Counted from the stretch's first letter, positions 1 through 10,267 are shown. The stretch: DNA of 63,946 bases from an uncultured Bacteroidales bacterium (GCA_902779265.1 CACZAY010000006.1:1-63946); one strand, 5' to 3'. Numbers and translations are program-made. The notes: generated by a model from the letters alone, not told the origin.

Positions 1-1
1 C

Positions 2-646
2 GCCGAAGTGCAGAAGATCACCGTCAAGGAGCATGGAGGTTCGACATTGGGCGGCCGTCCGGTGTGGTGGGATGCCGATGTGCAGCGCATCAACTACGAC
101 AAGCAGGGCCAATACCTGGGCGAATTCATGAGCGACGACAAGATTCTGGTCGTGCTCGACAACTACGAATATTACCTCACCTCGTTCGACGACACGAACC
201 ATTACGAGACCAACGTGCTGCGCATCGAGAAGTACGACCCGCACAAGGTCTGGACCATCGTCATGAAGGATTGGGAGACCGGTCTGCACAACCTCAAGCG
301 ATTCACGCTCGACGCCAAGCCGACGCGCCAGTCGATGTTGGCCGACACCAAGCGCTTCACCTTCGCCTACCTCACCGACACGCCCTATCCGCGTCTGCGC
401 TTCACCTTCGCCAAGCCCGACGACTTCCGCGCACCGCTGGAGATTGAGGCCGACGACTTCATCGCCGTCAAGAGCGCAGGCACCAAGGGCAAGAAGGTGG
501 CCAACTGGAAGGTGGCAGCCATCGAAGAACTTGAACCGACCAGGCAGCCGGAGGTTGTGTCCGATGGCGCATCGGCCGAAAACAACGAAAATCCCGATGA
601 AAATACTGAAGAAAACGCTCCTGCTGAGCCTGATTCTCTGTTCTGA
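2..646 (+). CDS. parC: DNA topoisomerase IV subunit A (ParC/GyrA family), C-terminal fragment; the 5' end lies outside the window
   Basis: The reading frame is open to the window edge. The C-terminal repeat region plus an acidic tail (..DDFIAVKSAGTKGKKVANWKVAAIEELEP..ENTEENAPAEPDSLF) resembles Bacteroidota ParC C-termini. Recognised from memory only. Confidence 0.55.
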   Translation, partial: AEVQKITVKEHGGSTLGGRPVWWDADVQRINYDKQGQYLGEFMSDDKILVVLDNYEYYLTSFDDTNHYETNVLRIEKYDPHKVWTIVMKDWETGLHNLKRFTLDAKPTRQSMLADTKRFTFAYLTDTPYPRLRFTFAKPDDFRAPLEIEADDFIAVKSAGTKGKKVANWKVAAIEELEPTRQPEVVSDGASAENNENPDENTEENAPAEPDSLF

Positions 647-1568
647 GTTCAGCCCCGCGATGCTGCCGGCGCAAGACAAGACATCGGCCAATGAGACATT
701 TGAAGAAGAAGTTCTCGCTGGCCATGTCGTTCCTGTTGAAGAACTTCTCGCTGGCCGTGTCAGTGGTGCTAAATCTGTTTATTCGGTCGATGAACCACAC
801 CGTCCCGTCACCTCGTCGCTCAGCCTCGGCATCGGCCGCGGAAAGATGCGCGACACGTATCTGACGCCGCTGCTCTATCAGGGCACTGCGCTCGACCTGC
901 ACTTCGACCGCTCGCGTGTGATGCGCGGCCTCAAGTGGAGCAACCTGCAGATGGCCGACCTCTCGTTCACCGACGGCGACGACACCGCATCGGGCCTGAC
1001 TTCGGCCTATGCCTTGCGTCTGCGCTACAGCTTCGCCATGCACAAGTTCTGGCGTTTCCCAACGAGCCTGTCCAACAAAAGCCTTGAGGTCGGCCCCTAT
1101 TTCGGCATCGACTTCGGCGGCAACTACAACCTGCGCATCGCCAATGGCAACAATCCGGCGACGCTGCGTCTGGCTGAGGGTTTCGGTCTGTCGGCCGCCG
1201 CTACGTGGGTTTGCTGGCCGTTCGGCTATCCCTGCCCGGTCAACTTCACGGTGCAGATGCCGCTCATCGGCACTGCTTTCGTGCCCGAATACGGCGCATC
1301 GTACTACGAGACGTTCTACCTCGAGACCGCGCCCAACGAGACGACCTTCACATCGCTCCACAACCGCCAGGACCTCACCCTGCGCCTCACGACCGACGTG
1401 CCGTTCGCCGTCATCCCGTGGCTGCACAACGGTTCGTCGCTGCGTCTCGGCCTCGGCTATCACATTGAGACAATGGACATTAACGACATCGTCACGCGCT
1501 ATTCAACGTTCCAGCTGGTCGTCGGCTGGTCGTGGCAGTATCTACCATATAAATATCATCGGCCATGA
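597..1568 (+). CDS. hypothetical secreted / outer-membrane-type protein
   Basis: An internal ATG at 597 gives the signal peptide MKILKKTLLLSLILCSEFSPAMLPAQ. The tracked 444 start is only an extension overlapping parC. The stop overlaps the next start (ATGA at 1565-1568). Confidence 0.6.
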   Translation: MKILKKTLLLSLILCSEFSPAMLPAQDKTSANETFEEEVLAGHVVPVEELLAGRVSGAKSVYSVDEPHRPVTSSLSLGIGRGKMRDTYLTPLLYQGTALDLHFDRSRVMRGLKWSNLQMADLSFTDGDDTASGLTSAYALRLRYSFAMHKFWRFPTSLSNKSLEVGPYFGIDFGGNYNLRIANGNNPATLRLAEGFGLSAAATWVCWPFGYPCPVNFTVQMPLIGTAFVPEYGASYYETFYLETAPNETTFTSLHNRQDLTLRLTTDVPFAVIPWLHNGSSLRLGLGYHIETMDINDIVTRYSTFQLVVGWSWQYLPYKYHRP

Positions 1569-2668
1569 AGAAAAGACTCCTGAATTTCCTGTTTTTGTGG
1601 CCGATGGCATTGGCCGTAACCTCGTGCCTCGACGACGATTCGTTGGCCGAAGACAACACCTACGTGGGCAACTTCGAGGCCTGCTGGACGGCGATGGACG
1701 AGCACTACTGCTTCTTCGACGAGAAGGGTGTCGATTGGGATTCGGTCTATCGGCTCTACCAGCCGCTGTTCCGCGACTCGGTCAAAAGCAGTTTCGCCGA
1801 GTTCAACCTGATGGCCGACATGCTGGCATCGGTGCGCGACGGCCACGTCAACCTCTACAGCTCGTTCAACACGGCACGCTACTGGAAGTGGTTTGAGGAC
1901 TATCCGCAGAACTTCGACGCGACGCTGCTCGAACGCTATTATCTCGGCACAAACTACTGGATGACGTCGGGCCTGAACTATTGCCTGCTCTCCGACACCG
2001 TGGCCTACGTGCGCTACGCGAGTTTTTCGAGCAGCGTGGGCGAGACCAACCTCGACTACGTGCTGGCTTTGTTGTCCAATGCCAAGGGTCTGATCATCGA
2101 CGTGCGCGACAATGGCGGCGGCACGTTGACCAATGTAACGACATTGGCCAACCGATTCTGCACCGAAAAGACGCTCTACAGCTACATCAGGCACAAGACC
2201 GGCACCGGCCACAACGACTTCTCCGACCCCGAACCGCTCTACCTCGAACCGCAGAAGAACCGCGTCAATTGGGATGCCTCGGCGCAGCCCGTCGTGGTGC
2301 TGACCAACCGTTCGTGCTACAGCGCGACGAACTGCTTCGTGTCGGCCATGAAGTCGCTCGACGGCCTGATGACGACCGATTCCATTGGCCGCAAATATCC
2401 GAAAATGATCAAGACCATCGGCGACCGCACGGGCGGCGGTGGAGGAATGCCGTTCGAGACGGTGCTGCCCAACAGCTGGGTGTTGCGTTTCTCGGCCTGT
2501 CCGACGCTCAATGCCTACAAGGAGAGCATCGAGGATGGCATCGACCCCGACATCCGCGTCGATATGGACAGCGCAAGTGCCTACTTCAACCACACCGACG
2601 ACATCATCGAGGCCGCTCGCGCGTATATAAAGAAGAACACGCGTGTGAGGTATGTGAAGAAAAAATAG
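1565..2668 (+). CDS. S41 family peptidase (tail-specific protease-like) lipoprotein
   Basis: Lipobox ..LAVTSC. Motifs DVRDNGGG and LTNRSCYSATNCFVSAMK are typical of the S41 Ser/Lys peptidase core. Confidence 0.8.
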   Translation: MKKRLLNFLFLWPMALAVTSCLDDDSLAEDNTYVGNFEACWTAMDEHYCFFDEKGVDWDSVYRLYQPLFRDSVKSSFAEFNLMADMLASVRDGHVNLYSSFNTARYWKWFEDYPQNFDATLLERYYLGTNYWMTSGLNYCLLSDTVAYVRYASFSSSVGETNLDYVLALLSNAKGLIIDVRDNGGGTLTNVTTLANRFCTEKTLYSYIRHKTGTGHNDFSDPEPLYLEPQKNRVNWDASAQPVVVLTNRSCYSATNCFVSAMKSLDGLMTTDSIGRKYPKMIKTIGDRTGGGGGMPFETVLPNSWVLRFSACPTLNAYKESIEDGIDPDIRVDMDSASAYFNHTDDIIEAARAYIKKNTRVRYVKKK

Positions 2669-2677
2669 TTTCCTCCT

Positions 2678-3628
2678 ATGCAAATCGTAATTCTTGACGG
2701 CCACACGGCCAATCCCGGCGACCTCTCGTGGGACGGACTCAGCACCCTTGGCGAGCTGACAGTCTATGACCGCACGTCGGCCGCAGAGACCGTTCAGCGC
2801 GCGCGCAATGCCGAAGTCGTATTGACCAACAAGGTCGTGCTGGGACGCGCCGAAATCGAACAGCTGCCTCGTCTGCGCTACATCGGCGTGCTGGCCACGG
2901 GCTACAATGTGGTCGATGTGGACGCCGCCCGTCAGCGTGGCATCGTGGTGACCAATGTGCCGGCCTACAGCACCGAGAGCGTCGCGCAGATGGTCTTCGC
3001 GCACCTGTTGGCCGTCACCAACCGCACCGAACACTATGCCGAGGCCAACCGCAGCGGCCGTTGGAGCGCATCGCCCGACTTCTGCTATTGGGATTCGCCG
3101 CTCACCGAACTGGCCGGCAAGACCTTCGGCGTCGTCGGCATGGGCAACATCGGAAGTCGCGTAGCAGCCATCGCCAATGCCTTTGCCATGCGCGTGGTGG
3201 CCGTGACGAGCAAGCCGGCCGAGCAGCTCCCGCCGTACGTCACAAAGGTTTCGGCCGATGAACTTTGGGCTACTGGCGACGTCATCTCGCTGCACTGTCC
3301 GCTGTCCGCCGCTACGCGAAATCTGGTGAACCGCGACACGTTGAGCCGCGTCAAGCCATCGGCCATCATCATCAACACAGGGCGCGGGCCGTTGGTCAAC
3401 GAGGTGGATATGGCCGATGCCCTCCGCTCGCACCGCCTGGCCACCTATTGCGCCGACGTGATGGGCTGCGAACCTCCATCGGCCACGAATCCGCTGCTCC
3501 AGTGCCCGACGGCGCACCTCACGCCGCACATCGCATGGGCATCGACCGAGGCACGCCAACGCTTGGTGTCGGTCGCCACGGCCAACGTGCGCGCATGGGT
3601 CGAGGGTCGGCCGCAGAATGTCGTGTAA
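2678..3628 (+). CDS. D-isomer-specific 2-hydroxyacid dehydrogenase (glycerate dehydrogenase-like)
   Basis: NAD-binding motif GVVGMGNIGSRVA, the ..INTGRGPLVNE.. segment and C-terminal ..LTPHIAWAS.. are family hallmarks. Confidence 0.85.
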   Translation: MQIVILDGHTANPGDLSWDGLSTLGELTVYDRTSAAETVQRARNAEVVLTNKVVLGRAEIEQLPRLRYIGVLATGYNVVDVDAARQRGIVVTNVPAYSTESVAQMVFAHLLAVTNRTEHYAEANRSGRWSASPDFCYWDSPLTELAGKTFGVVGMGNIGSRVAAIANAFAMRVVAVTSKPAEQLPPYVTKVSADELWATGDVISLHCPLSAATRNLVNRDTLSRVKPSAIIINTGRGPLVNEVDMADALRSHRLATYCADVMGCEPPSATNPLLQCPTAHLTPHIAWASTEARQRLVSVATANVRAWVEGRPQNVV

Positions 3629-3797
3629 AAATGCGACATTGGCCAATGAGAAACCAATAATTCACTACTTTTGCGTCTTTTTTTTCACTTTTTGGCCAAT
3701 TTCCTTGGTCAGCTCAATTTTATCCCTTATTTTTGCCATAGAAAAACATTCACTCGCAACGAGACGCACCATAATTAAAAATCAAATACCAGAAGTC

Positions 3798-4691
3798 ATG
3801 ACAGAAAAATTTACCATCAACCGCAAGATGACCTCAGGTCTAAGGCCCTGGCTCGCAGCCCTTTTCTGCGTCGCCGCCTTGACCGCGTGCAAGAACAAAG
3901 ACGGATTCACGGCCTATGACGCCGCTACCGAAATCGCCAAACTCGACCTTGCCGAGGCACAGCCGTTCACCATCGACGTAAACGTGAGAGCAACAGGACA
4001 AGACTCCTGCTTCAGTGTTTTTCTGGCCGATGACTTTGTCCACTTCGGCGAGACAGAGCCATGCGTCACCGTCCCCATCACGGGCGAATCATTCCAGATT
4101 TCCATTCCATTGAAACGTATGCGTGCCGCACGCATACGCGGTGTGGACGCCACCGGCAACCTGACCGAAACGAGCGCAGACCTTTGGCTTGTACCCGGCG
4201 AAACCATCAAAGCCGATGCCTTCAGCAAACAGCTCCATTTCTACTTCAGCGAATCAAAGACCTACAACGACAAGGTAAACCAGAGCGTCGAAGCGCTGCG
4301 CAAGGCGACCCGCTACCAGTCTCCCTACCTGCCGGCCATCGAGGGCAAGCGCTGGGAAAATGTCCACTACATCAAAGACGAGAACACAGAAATGCCCGTT
4401 CTGGTCATCAAGGAGGTCATCTTCGGCAAGGAGGCAACCGTACTCCGCCTGCTGCCGCCCGACGACAGCCACACGATGAGTTTTGCCAAGGGTTCCTATC
4501 TCTCGGACGACAAGGGCCGCAAGTATCTGATGCTCGAGCCCATCTTTGGCAACCTGCTGGAAGACAAGAATCTCGAAGTGAGAGTCTTCGGCGGCTATGT
4601 GGCCTACGACCCTGTTCCCGACGATGTCGAGACACTCACCTACCACGACTCCGGCCAGCCCAGACTCTACCGCATCAAGAACGCGGACTGA
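3798..4691 (+). CDS. hypothetical lipoprotein
   Basis: The ATG at 3798 precedes ..LAALFCVAALTAC (lipobox). The upstream part of the tracked ORF is T-rich non-coding-looking sequence. Confidence 0.6.
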   Translation: MTEKFTINRKMTSGLRPWLAALFCVAALTACKNKDGFTAYDAATEIAKLDLAEAQPFTIDVNVRATGQDSCFSVFLADDFVHFGETEPCVTVPITGESFQISIPLKRMRAARIRGVDATGNLTETSADLWLVPGETIKADAFSKQLHFYFSESKTYNDKVNQSVEALRKATRYQSPYLPAIEGKRWENVHYIKDENTEMPVLVIKEVIFGKEATVLRLLPPDDSHTMSFAKGSYLSDDKGRKYLMLEPIFGNLLEDKNLEVRVFGGYVAYDPVPDDVETLTYHDSGQPRLYRIKNAD

Positions 4692-4727
4692 AAGAAGTCC
4701 ATTGGCCAAGACCACAAAAAACAATTC

Positions 4728-4768
4728 CGCCGAGGCGTCAACAACAAGACGCCCCGGCGATATTTTTT
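4728..4768. terminator. bidirectional rho-independent terminator between convergent genes
   Basis: GC-rich hairpin CGCCGAGGCGTC / GACGCCCCGGCG with an 8-nt loop. An A-run lies on the left and a T-run (tatttttt) on the right. Confidence 0.6.
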
Positions 4769-4794
4769 GGCAATTTGCAATTCGTATTTAACCC

Positions 4795-5691
4795 TCAGCT
4801 CTTTATCGCACTCCGGATCTGGGCCATATTGCTGCGCGAGACAGGGAGCTGGTCGTTGCAGTGACGGATGACGAGCTGCATCGAGCCCGACTGGGAGATA
4901 ATCTGCTCAACCTGCTGGAGATTGACCAGGAACGAGCGGTGACAGCGCACAATCATCGTGTAGGGCTGGAGCTGATCCTCCATCTGCCGCAGCGGGACGC
5001 GCAGCATCTCGTAGCGCGCCGTGCCATCGACCAGGTGGCAGACCTTGACATAATTGCCGATGGACTCGAGGTAAAGCAGGTCGGCCACATGGAGCGTGAC
5101 CTGCTCGCTGGTGGTGCCCGTCAGGACGAGGTCGTTGTCGGGATGGGAGGCATTGGCCGATGTCCCACTTCCGCCTTCCAATGCGGCCTGTTCCGTGCGG
5201 CTCTGCATACGTTGCAGCTGGTCGTTCAGGAGGCGCGTCTCCTGGAGTTCCATCGTCAGATAGCGGTCGCGGAACTTGAAGCGCCAGTACAGACCGATGA
5301 AGAACGAACAGAAGCCGAAGATAATCAGTGTATCGAAGAAATTGGCCAATGACAGACGGTTGCCGGCCACGACATTGCTCAGGACGAAGTGGCGGTACAG
5401 GCAGACGAGTGTCGTGATAATCGGCGTATTGACAAACTGGAACAAGCGGTTGCGACGCACGATGAGATGCACGTCACCCTCGAGCGTGGCAGGCTGACGC
5501 ACGACATACCGCAGGACAAAGTCGCTCAAGGTGCAGGAGACGATGCCCAGCACGGCGACAGCCAGCACGTGGACATAGGCCATGAACCGAAGTTCACCGA
5601 GGCCGAAAGGCTTGAAAATGGCAACGACCAGCATCGCAAACAGCGTGCCGACCAACCTCATGCCGAATGTTTTAAATCTTCCATTATTCAT
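4795..5691 (-). CDS. LytTR-family DNA-binding protein with N-terminal membrane domain
   Basis: The C-terminus ..LYLESIGNYVKVCHLVDG..IVRCHRSFLVNLQQVE.. is a LytTR domain and the N-terminal half is hydrophobic. The start at 5691 was chosen because a TAtcTTTG box lies at 5702-5709. Confidence 0.75.
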   Translation of the reverse strand: MNNGRFKTFGMRLVGTLFAMLVVAIFKPFGLGELRFMAYVHVLAVAVLGIVSCTLSDFVLRYVVRQPATLEGDVHLIVRRNRLFQFVNTPIITTLVCLYRHFVLSNVVAGNRLSLANFFDTLIIFGFCSFFIGLYWRFKFRDRYLTMELQETRLLNDQLQRMQSRTEQAALEGGSGTSANASHPDNDLVLTGTTSEQVTLHVADLLYLESIGNYVKVCHLVDGTARYEMLRVPLRQMEDQLQPYTMIVRCHRSFLVNLQQVEQIISQSGSMQLVIRHCNDQLPVSRSNMAQIRSAIKS

Positions 5692-5701
5692 AATCCGCGC
5701 G

Positions 5702-5709
5702 CAAAGATA
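5702..5709 (-). promoter_or_regulatory. Bacteroidota -7 promoter box (TAtcTTTG)
   Basis: The reverse complement of caaagata matches the TAnnTTTG consensus, about 11 nt upstream of the 5691 ATG. Confidence 0.45.
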
Positions 5710-5970
5710 CGAAAATTCCGGCACATTCGCCCCACCATCGGCCAAATATTTCGCCATCCGTCACATTTTCGTGCCGTTCGTCCCAGAAATTTGCCCAATC
5801 GGCAGACCCTCCGTAAATTTGCAGCCCGAATCCGAGAGGATTGTGATATCGGCCAATGGAATAGCAATGGACATCGGCCATAAATAAAAAAAGAACTTAT
5901 CCAACATTTGCAACCTTTGTGCAAAAAGAGTGCTTTAACTTTGCACGAAAATTTATCATGCTCGAAAAAA

Positions 5971-8202
5971 ATGAAGAAGTTTTTTGCGTTACTAATCATT
6001 TTCCTGACGACGACCTGTGGAGGTGAGGTATCGGCCAATGTAATTTCCGGTACCATCACCGACCGCCGCGGCGGGACGATTCCATTCGTCTCGGTGGCGG
6101 AAAAGGGCACGACCAACGGCACCATCTCGGATGCCGACGGACGCTTCAACATCGCCGTGCGCCGACTGCCCGTCACATTGTCATTCAACTGCGTCGGTTT
6201 CAACACAGTTGAAAGGACATTGGCCAACGAAGAGGACGGAATCACCGTCCAGATGGCCGAAGACGCCGAACAGCTTGACGAGGTGCAGGTCGTGGCCCGA
6301 GGCCGCAGTCGCGCCGACAACGTCATCATCGGCGTGGAGAACATACAGATGGCAGAGATGGCCAAGGTCCCCGCACTGATGGGCGAACGCGACGTCATCA
6401 AGTCCATCCAGCTGCTGCCCGGCATCAAGAGTGAGGGAGACGGCTCGTGCGGATTCCAGGTGCGTGGCGGCACGGCAGTACAGAACCTCGTACTCCTCGA
6501 CAACGCCACCATCTACAACGCCGGCCACCTGATGGGCGTCTTTTCGACCTTCAACGACGACGCCCTGACCAACGCCTCGCTCTACAAGGGCGCGATTCCC
6601 GCGCAGTTCGGCGATGCAGCCTCATCGGTCTTTGACATCAAGACACGCAGCGGCGACATGCAGGAGTATTACGGCAACGTGTCAATCGGCCTGCTCTCGT
6701 CAAAGTTTGCCATCGACGGCCCGATCGTGAAGGACAAGGCATCGTTCTTCCTGGCCGCCCGGCGCACCTACTTCGAGATTTTCCTGAAGCCGACCAAGAA
6801 GTACCGCGACAAGGTGATGAACTTCTATGACATCAACACGAAGGTCACCCTGCGTCCCTCGCAACGCGGCATCATGAACGTCATGTTCTTCCGCGGACGT
6901 GACAACATGGACATGGGCAACCACATCGCCGAGATGCACTGGGGCAACACTGCCGCTACGGCCGATTATCTGCATAGCATTGGCCAATGCCTCACGCTCA
7001 AGACCTCGCTCATCTACAGCCAGTACGACTTCATCGAGTCGATGGACGTGCTGAAGGTCAAGGAGAGCTTCGACAGCTACCTGCGCCACCACACCGTGCG
7101 CGAGGATGTGACAATAACGCCATCGGCCAACCAGAAAATCGCCATCGGCCTGCAATATGACCACATCAACCTCAAGTCGGGCGAGATGAAGATGAGCAAC
7201 GGACTGGTGGAACGCGAGATGCGGCGCGGTGACGAACTGTCGTTCTGGGTGGCCGATGAATGGTCTCCTGCCGATGGTGACGTGGAGCTTTCGGCCGGCG
7301 TGCGCGGCGTGATTTTCAAGGCATTGGACAATGACCGCAGAAAACAGTTTACAAGTGTCGAACCGCGCTTCAGCCTCAAATGGCGGCTGAACGACGACCA
7401 GAGCCTCAAGGCGGGCTACTGCCGCTCGTCACAGCACGTGCAGACCATCCTGGACAACGGGCTTTCATCGCCCATCGGACGCGCAGTCATGGCCGGCAAG
7501 GGCATCAGCCCGATGCAGTCGGACCAGGTGAGCCTGGGCTACGTGGCCGAGACATCGGACAAGAAATACGAATTCTCGGCCGAGACGTACTACAAGAAGA
7601 TTGCCAATGTCTATGACTACAAGGACGGCAAGCACCTGGGTGCGGACATCGCTTTGGAGACGCTCATCCTGAACGGCCGGGGACGCTCATACGGCGTGGA
7701 GATGCTGGCCAAGCGCAATATGGGCCGGCTGACGGGCTGGGTGTCGTACACGCTGTCGTGGGTCGAAAACAAGGTGAAGGGCATCAACGGGGGACGCTGG
7801 TACACGGCGCCGAATGACCGCCGCCACGACATCTCGATTGTCGCCATGTATGACCTGGGGAACGACTGGGATCTGTCGGCCACATGGGTCTTCACCTCGG
7901 GACAGGCACTGACCGCCCCGAGCGCGAAATATGAACTCGACGAATGGACGCACTATTATTATGCCGAACGTAACGGCTACCGTGCCCCTGCCTACCACCG
8001 CATGGACATCGGCCTCAATAACACCAAGGAGCGCACCCACTACACGCGCATCTGGTCGTTTGGCATCTATAACCTTTATAACCACTATAATCCATATATA
8101 ATTACCTTCGAGAATGATGACGAAAAGGTGACCGGAACTCGTACAGAGCAGGTTTCCCTTTTCGGCATCATCCCCTCGGCTTCGCTGACGGTGAAGTTCT
8201 GA
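5971..8202 (+). CDS. TonB-dependent receptor with N-terminal carboxypeptidase-regulatory-like domain
   Basis: MKKFFALLIIFL.. signal peptide; ISGTITDRRGGTIPFVSVAEKGTTNGTISDADGRFNI (CarbopepD_reg); plug region; beta-barrel ending ..SASLTVKF. Confidence 0.85.
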   Translation: MKKFFALLIIFLTTTCGGEVSANVISGTITDRRGGTIPFVSVAEKGTTNGTISDADGRFNIAVRRLPVTLSFNCVGFNTVERTLANEEDGITVQMAEDAEQLDEVQVVARGRSRADNVIIGVENIQMAEMAKVPALMGERDVIKSIQLLPGIKSEGDGSCGFQVRGGTAVQNLVLLDNATIYNAGHLMGVFSTFNDDALTNASLYKGAIPAQFGDAASSVFDIKTRSGDMQEYYGNVSIGLLSSKFAIDGPIVKDKASFFLAARRTYFEIFLKPTKKYRDKVMNFYDINTKVTLRPSQRGIMNVMFFRGRDNMDMGNHIAEMHWGNTAATADYLHSIGQCLTLKTSLIYSQYDFIESMDVLKVKESFDSYLRHHTVREDVTITPSANQKIAIGLQYDHINLKSGEMKMSNGLVEREMRRGDELSFWVADEWSPADGDVELSAGVRGVIFKALDNDRRKQFTSVEPRFSLKWRLNDDQSLKAGYCRSSQHVQTILDNGLSSPIGRAVMAGKGISPMQSDQVSLGYVAETSDKKYEFSAETYYKKIANVYDYKDGKHLGADIALETLILNGRGRSYGVEMLAKRNMGRLTGWVSYTLSWVENKVKGINGGRWYTAPNDRRHDISIVAMYDLGNDWDLSATWVFTSGQALTAPSAKYELDEWTHYYYAERNGYRAPAYHRMDIGLNNTKERTHYTRIWSFGIYNLYNHYNPYIITFENDDEKVTGTRTEQVSLFGIIPSASLTVKF

Positions 8203-8219
8203 GTATTGTATAAAGAGTA

Positions 8220-9032
8220 ATGAATGACGCTATGAAGAATTTCCTGTATTTCAGCATATTGGCATGGGCCACCTCCCTCATCTCCTGCACGAAGGAGATT
8301 GAACTGGACTATCACGACATCGAGCCGGTGCCCGTCATCGAAGGCCTGCTTTCGGCCGACCGCACGGAGGTGCGCATCACCCGCACGCGCAACATGGACG
8401 ACTCGGTCAAATCGGCCGGCATCGAGGTCGATCGGGTGGAGATTATTTCGGCCAATGGACTTGCCACAACCCTCAACTACCAGAGCGACGGATTCTACCG
8501 TCCGGCATCGGCCATCACCCTCAACGACGGGGAGACCTACACGCTGCGAGTCACGATGGACGGTGTGACCTATACGGGCGAATCGACGCTCCAACCGGCC
8601 ATCCAGATTACCGAGCCCGAGTTTCTGTGGGCCAACCTGATGGACTGGATGCAGGTCATGGAATTTGAGACCATCAATGTGGCCGATGACGCCGAGGTGT
8701 ACGGCTGGATACGCATCTACCGCAACCGCGAACTGTATTTCGCCGATGTGGGGCGCATCAAGGGCAACTCGCCGATTGACATCGGCCTCTATTATGACAG
8801 CGACATGGAGCTGGACGAAGAGATGATCCTCTACAACGGCGACACGCTCGCGCTGGAGGTGCGCACCATAGACCTCGATGTCTATAACTATCTGGCCGAA
8901 TACAACTCGACAAAGATGAACCCGGAACAGTTCTTTACGCCTTCGGTCGAGGGGAAGGTCTGTCTGGGCTACTTTGCGGCCTACAGCAGCGTCTCGCACG
9001 AAATCATCTACCGGAAGACGCCGCACGAGTGA
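8220..9032 (+). CDS. DUF4249-family lipoprotein (usual partner of this TonB-dependent receptor class)
   Basis: Lipobox ..TSLISC. Position directly after the receptor gene. Sequence pattern ..PVPVIEGLLSAD..VRITRTR.. fits the family. Confidence 0.7.
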   Translation: MNDAMKNFLYFSILAWATSLISCTKEIELDYHDIEPVPVIEGLLSADRTEVRITRTRNMDDSVKSAGIEVDRVEIISANGLATTLNYQSDGFYRPASAITLNDGETYTLRVTMDGVTYTGESTLQPAIQITEPEFLWANLMDWMQVMEFETINVADDAEVYGWIRIYRNRELYFADVGRIKGNSPIDIGLYYDSDMELDEEMILYNGDTLALEVRTIDLDVYNYLAEYNSTKMNPEQFFTPSVEGKVCLGYFAAYSSVSHEIIYRKTPHE

Positions 9033-9085
9033 TGGACATTGGCCAATGCCCATCGGACAAAAAACAACCAAAAACACGGAAGACT

Positions 9086-9670
9086 ATGGAACAGAAATTC
9101 TGCCAGAGCTGCGGAATGCCGCTTACGCCCGAGGTGCTCGGAACGGAAGCCGACGGCTCGAAAAATGAGGAATATTGCATCTACTGCTACAAGGACGGGG
9201 CCTTCACCGGTGATTTCACAATGGAGGAGATGGCCGACTTCTGTGCGCAGTTTGTCGATGACTTCAACAAGAACGCGGGCCAGAACCTGAGCCGCGAGGA
9301 GTACAGGAAGATGCTCCTGCAATACTATCCCAACCTGAAGCGTTGGAGGCTGCCAGCCGACAAGCTGCCTCACGCCACATCGCCCATCAAGCAGCAGTTC
9401 ATCGACGAAGTCAATGCACTCGCCGTCAACGGGATGCCAAGGATTGACAACCTCTTCGTGCTGCAAGGCTCGTTCATCAACCAGACGTACCACATCAACG
9501 GCAACGCGGTCAAGCTGTTGGACGACAACGCCTCCTACTGGGGCACACAGGTCGAGAAGGGTGATGGCCGATGCTTCGGCGTGGCCTGTGACGAGAACTA
9601 CATCCTCGTGTGCGAATACGGCAAGGACGGCGCCGATGCCGAGATTGTCGTCTTCAAGCGGCGGAAATGA
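9086..9670 (+). CDS. zinc-ribbon domain protein
   Basis: MEQKFCQSCGMPL..EEYCIYCYKDGAF gives a CxxC..CxxC ribbon. The start at 9086 is the first ATG after the palindrome-containing spacer. Confidence 0.6.
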   Translation: MEQKFCQSCGMPLTPEVLGTEADGSKNEEYCIYCYKDGAFTGDFTMEEMADFCAQFVDDFNKNAGQNLSREEYRKMLLQYYPNLKRWRLPADKLPHATSPIKQQFIDEVNALAVNGMPRIDNLFVLQGSFINQTYHINGNAVKLLDDNASYWGTQVEKGDGRCFGVACDENYILVCEYGKDGADAEIVVFKRRK

Positions 9671-10191
9671 GGGAATCCATCATCATCTACGGCAGCCGGT
9701 ACGGCACTGCGCGCCGATATGCCGAAAGGTTGGCCGAAATGACGGGCATCAGGTGCATTGGCCATAAAGACCTGAAAAAGGCCGATGACTACGGGCGCAT
9801 CATCTACGTGGGTGCGCTGTATGCCGGCAGCGTATTGGGATTAAAGGCATTGGCCAATGAACTTTCCGACCAGGAGCTCATTATCGTCACCGTCGGTCTG
9901 GTTGATCCGCAGGATGAGGCCAATGTCCGATACATCCGCCAGAACATCAGGTCGCAGATTCCGGCGCGGCTGTACGACGAGCGGAGGATTTTCCACCTGC
10001 GCGGTGCCATCGACTACGGCACGATGGGATTGAAACACCGGCTCATGATGGCGTTCATGCACAGCCGGTTGGCCAAGATGCCGGAAGACAAGCTCAACGC
10101 CGAGGCGAGAGTCATTCTGGAGACCTACGGGAAGAGCGTGGACCTGACGGACTTTGAGGGTCTGGACAAGATAAAAGAGTTGATTATATAA
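9667..10191 (+). CDS. flavodoxin-domain protein
   Basis: MRESIIIYGSRYGTARRYAERLA.. is a flavodoxin-like N-terminus. ATGA start/stop overlap with the upstream gene. Confidence 0.7.
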   Translation: MRESIIIYGSRYGTARRYAERLAEMTGIRCIGHKDLKKADDYGRIIYVGALYAGSVLGLKALANELSDQELIIVTVGLVDPQDEANVRYIRQNIRSQIPARLYDERRIFHLRGAIDYGTMGLKHRLMMAFMHSRLAKMPEDKLNAEARVILETYGKSVDLTDFEGLDKIKELII

Positions 10192-10193
10192 GA

Positions 10194-10232
10194 AACGGGA
10201 GCCTGCGATCATCCGCAGACACCCGTTTTTTT
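10194..10232 (+). terminator. rho-independent terminator
   Basis: AACGGGAGCCTGCG .. CGCAGACACCCGTT hairpin followed by TTTTTTT, 3 nt after the stop. Confidence 0.65.
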
Positions 10233-10267
10233 AATGGTTGATTGTTCTGTCGTTTTTGGCCAATGCC

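Noticed and set aside
444-596. The N-terminal extension of the tracked ORF 444-1568, and analogous extensions at 3618, 5908, 9029, 9610, 12210, 24816, 29126, 34234 and 48452.
   Set aside because: The extensions overlap upstream genes or run through promoter and palindrome-containing spacers, and they translate to non-protein-like sequence. Internal ATGs preceded by TAnnTTTG boxes give proper signal peptides or conserved N-termini.
1556-3646. A 696-aa ORF on the minus strand opposite the S41 peptidase and dehydrogenase genes. Similar long antisense ORFs occur at 8085-9077, 12384-13556, 13710-15107, 15128-16831, 24906-26375, 31004-32176 and 35059-35949.
   Set aside because: They are Arg/Ala/Gly/Val-rich low-complexity translations with no recognisable domains. 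They lie exactly antisense to well-supported genes. This is the expected stop-codon-poor shadow frame of high-G+C coding DNA.
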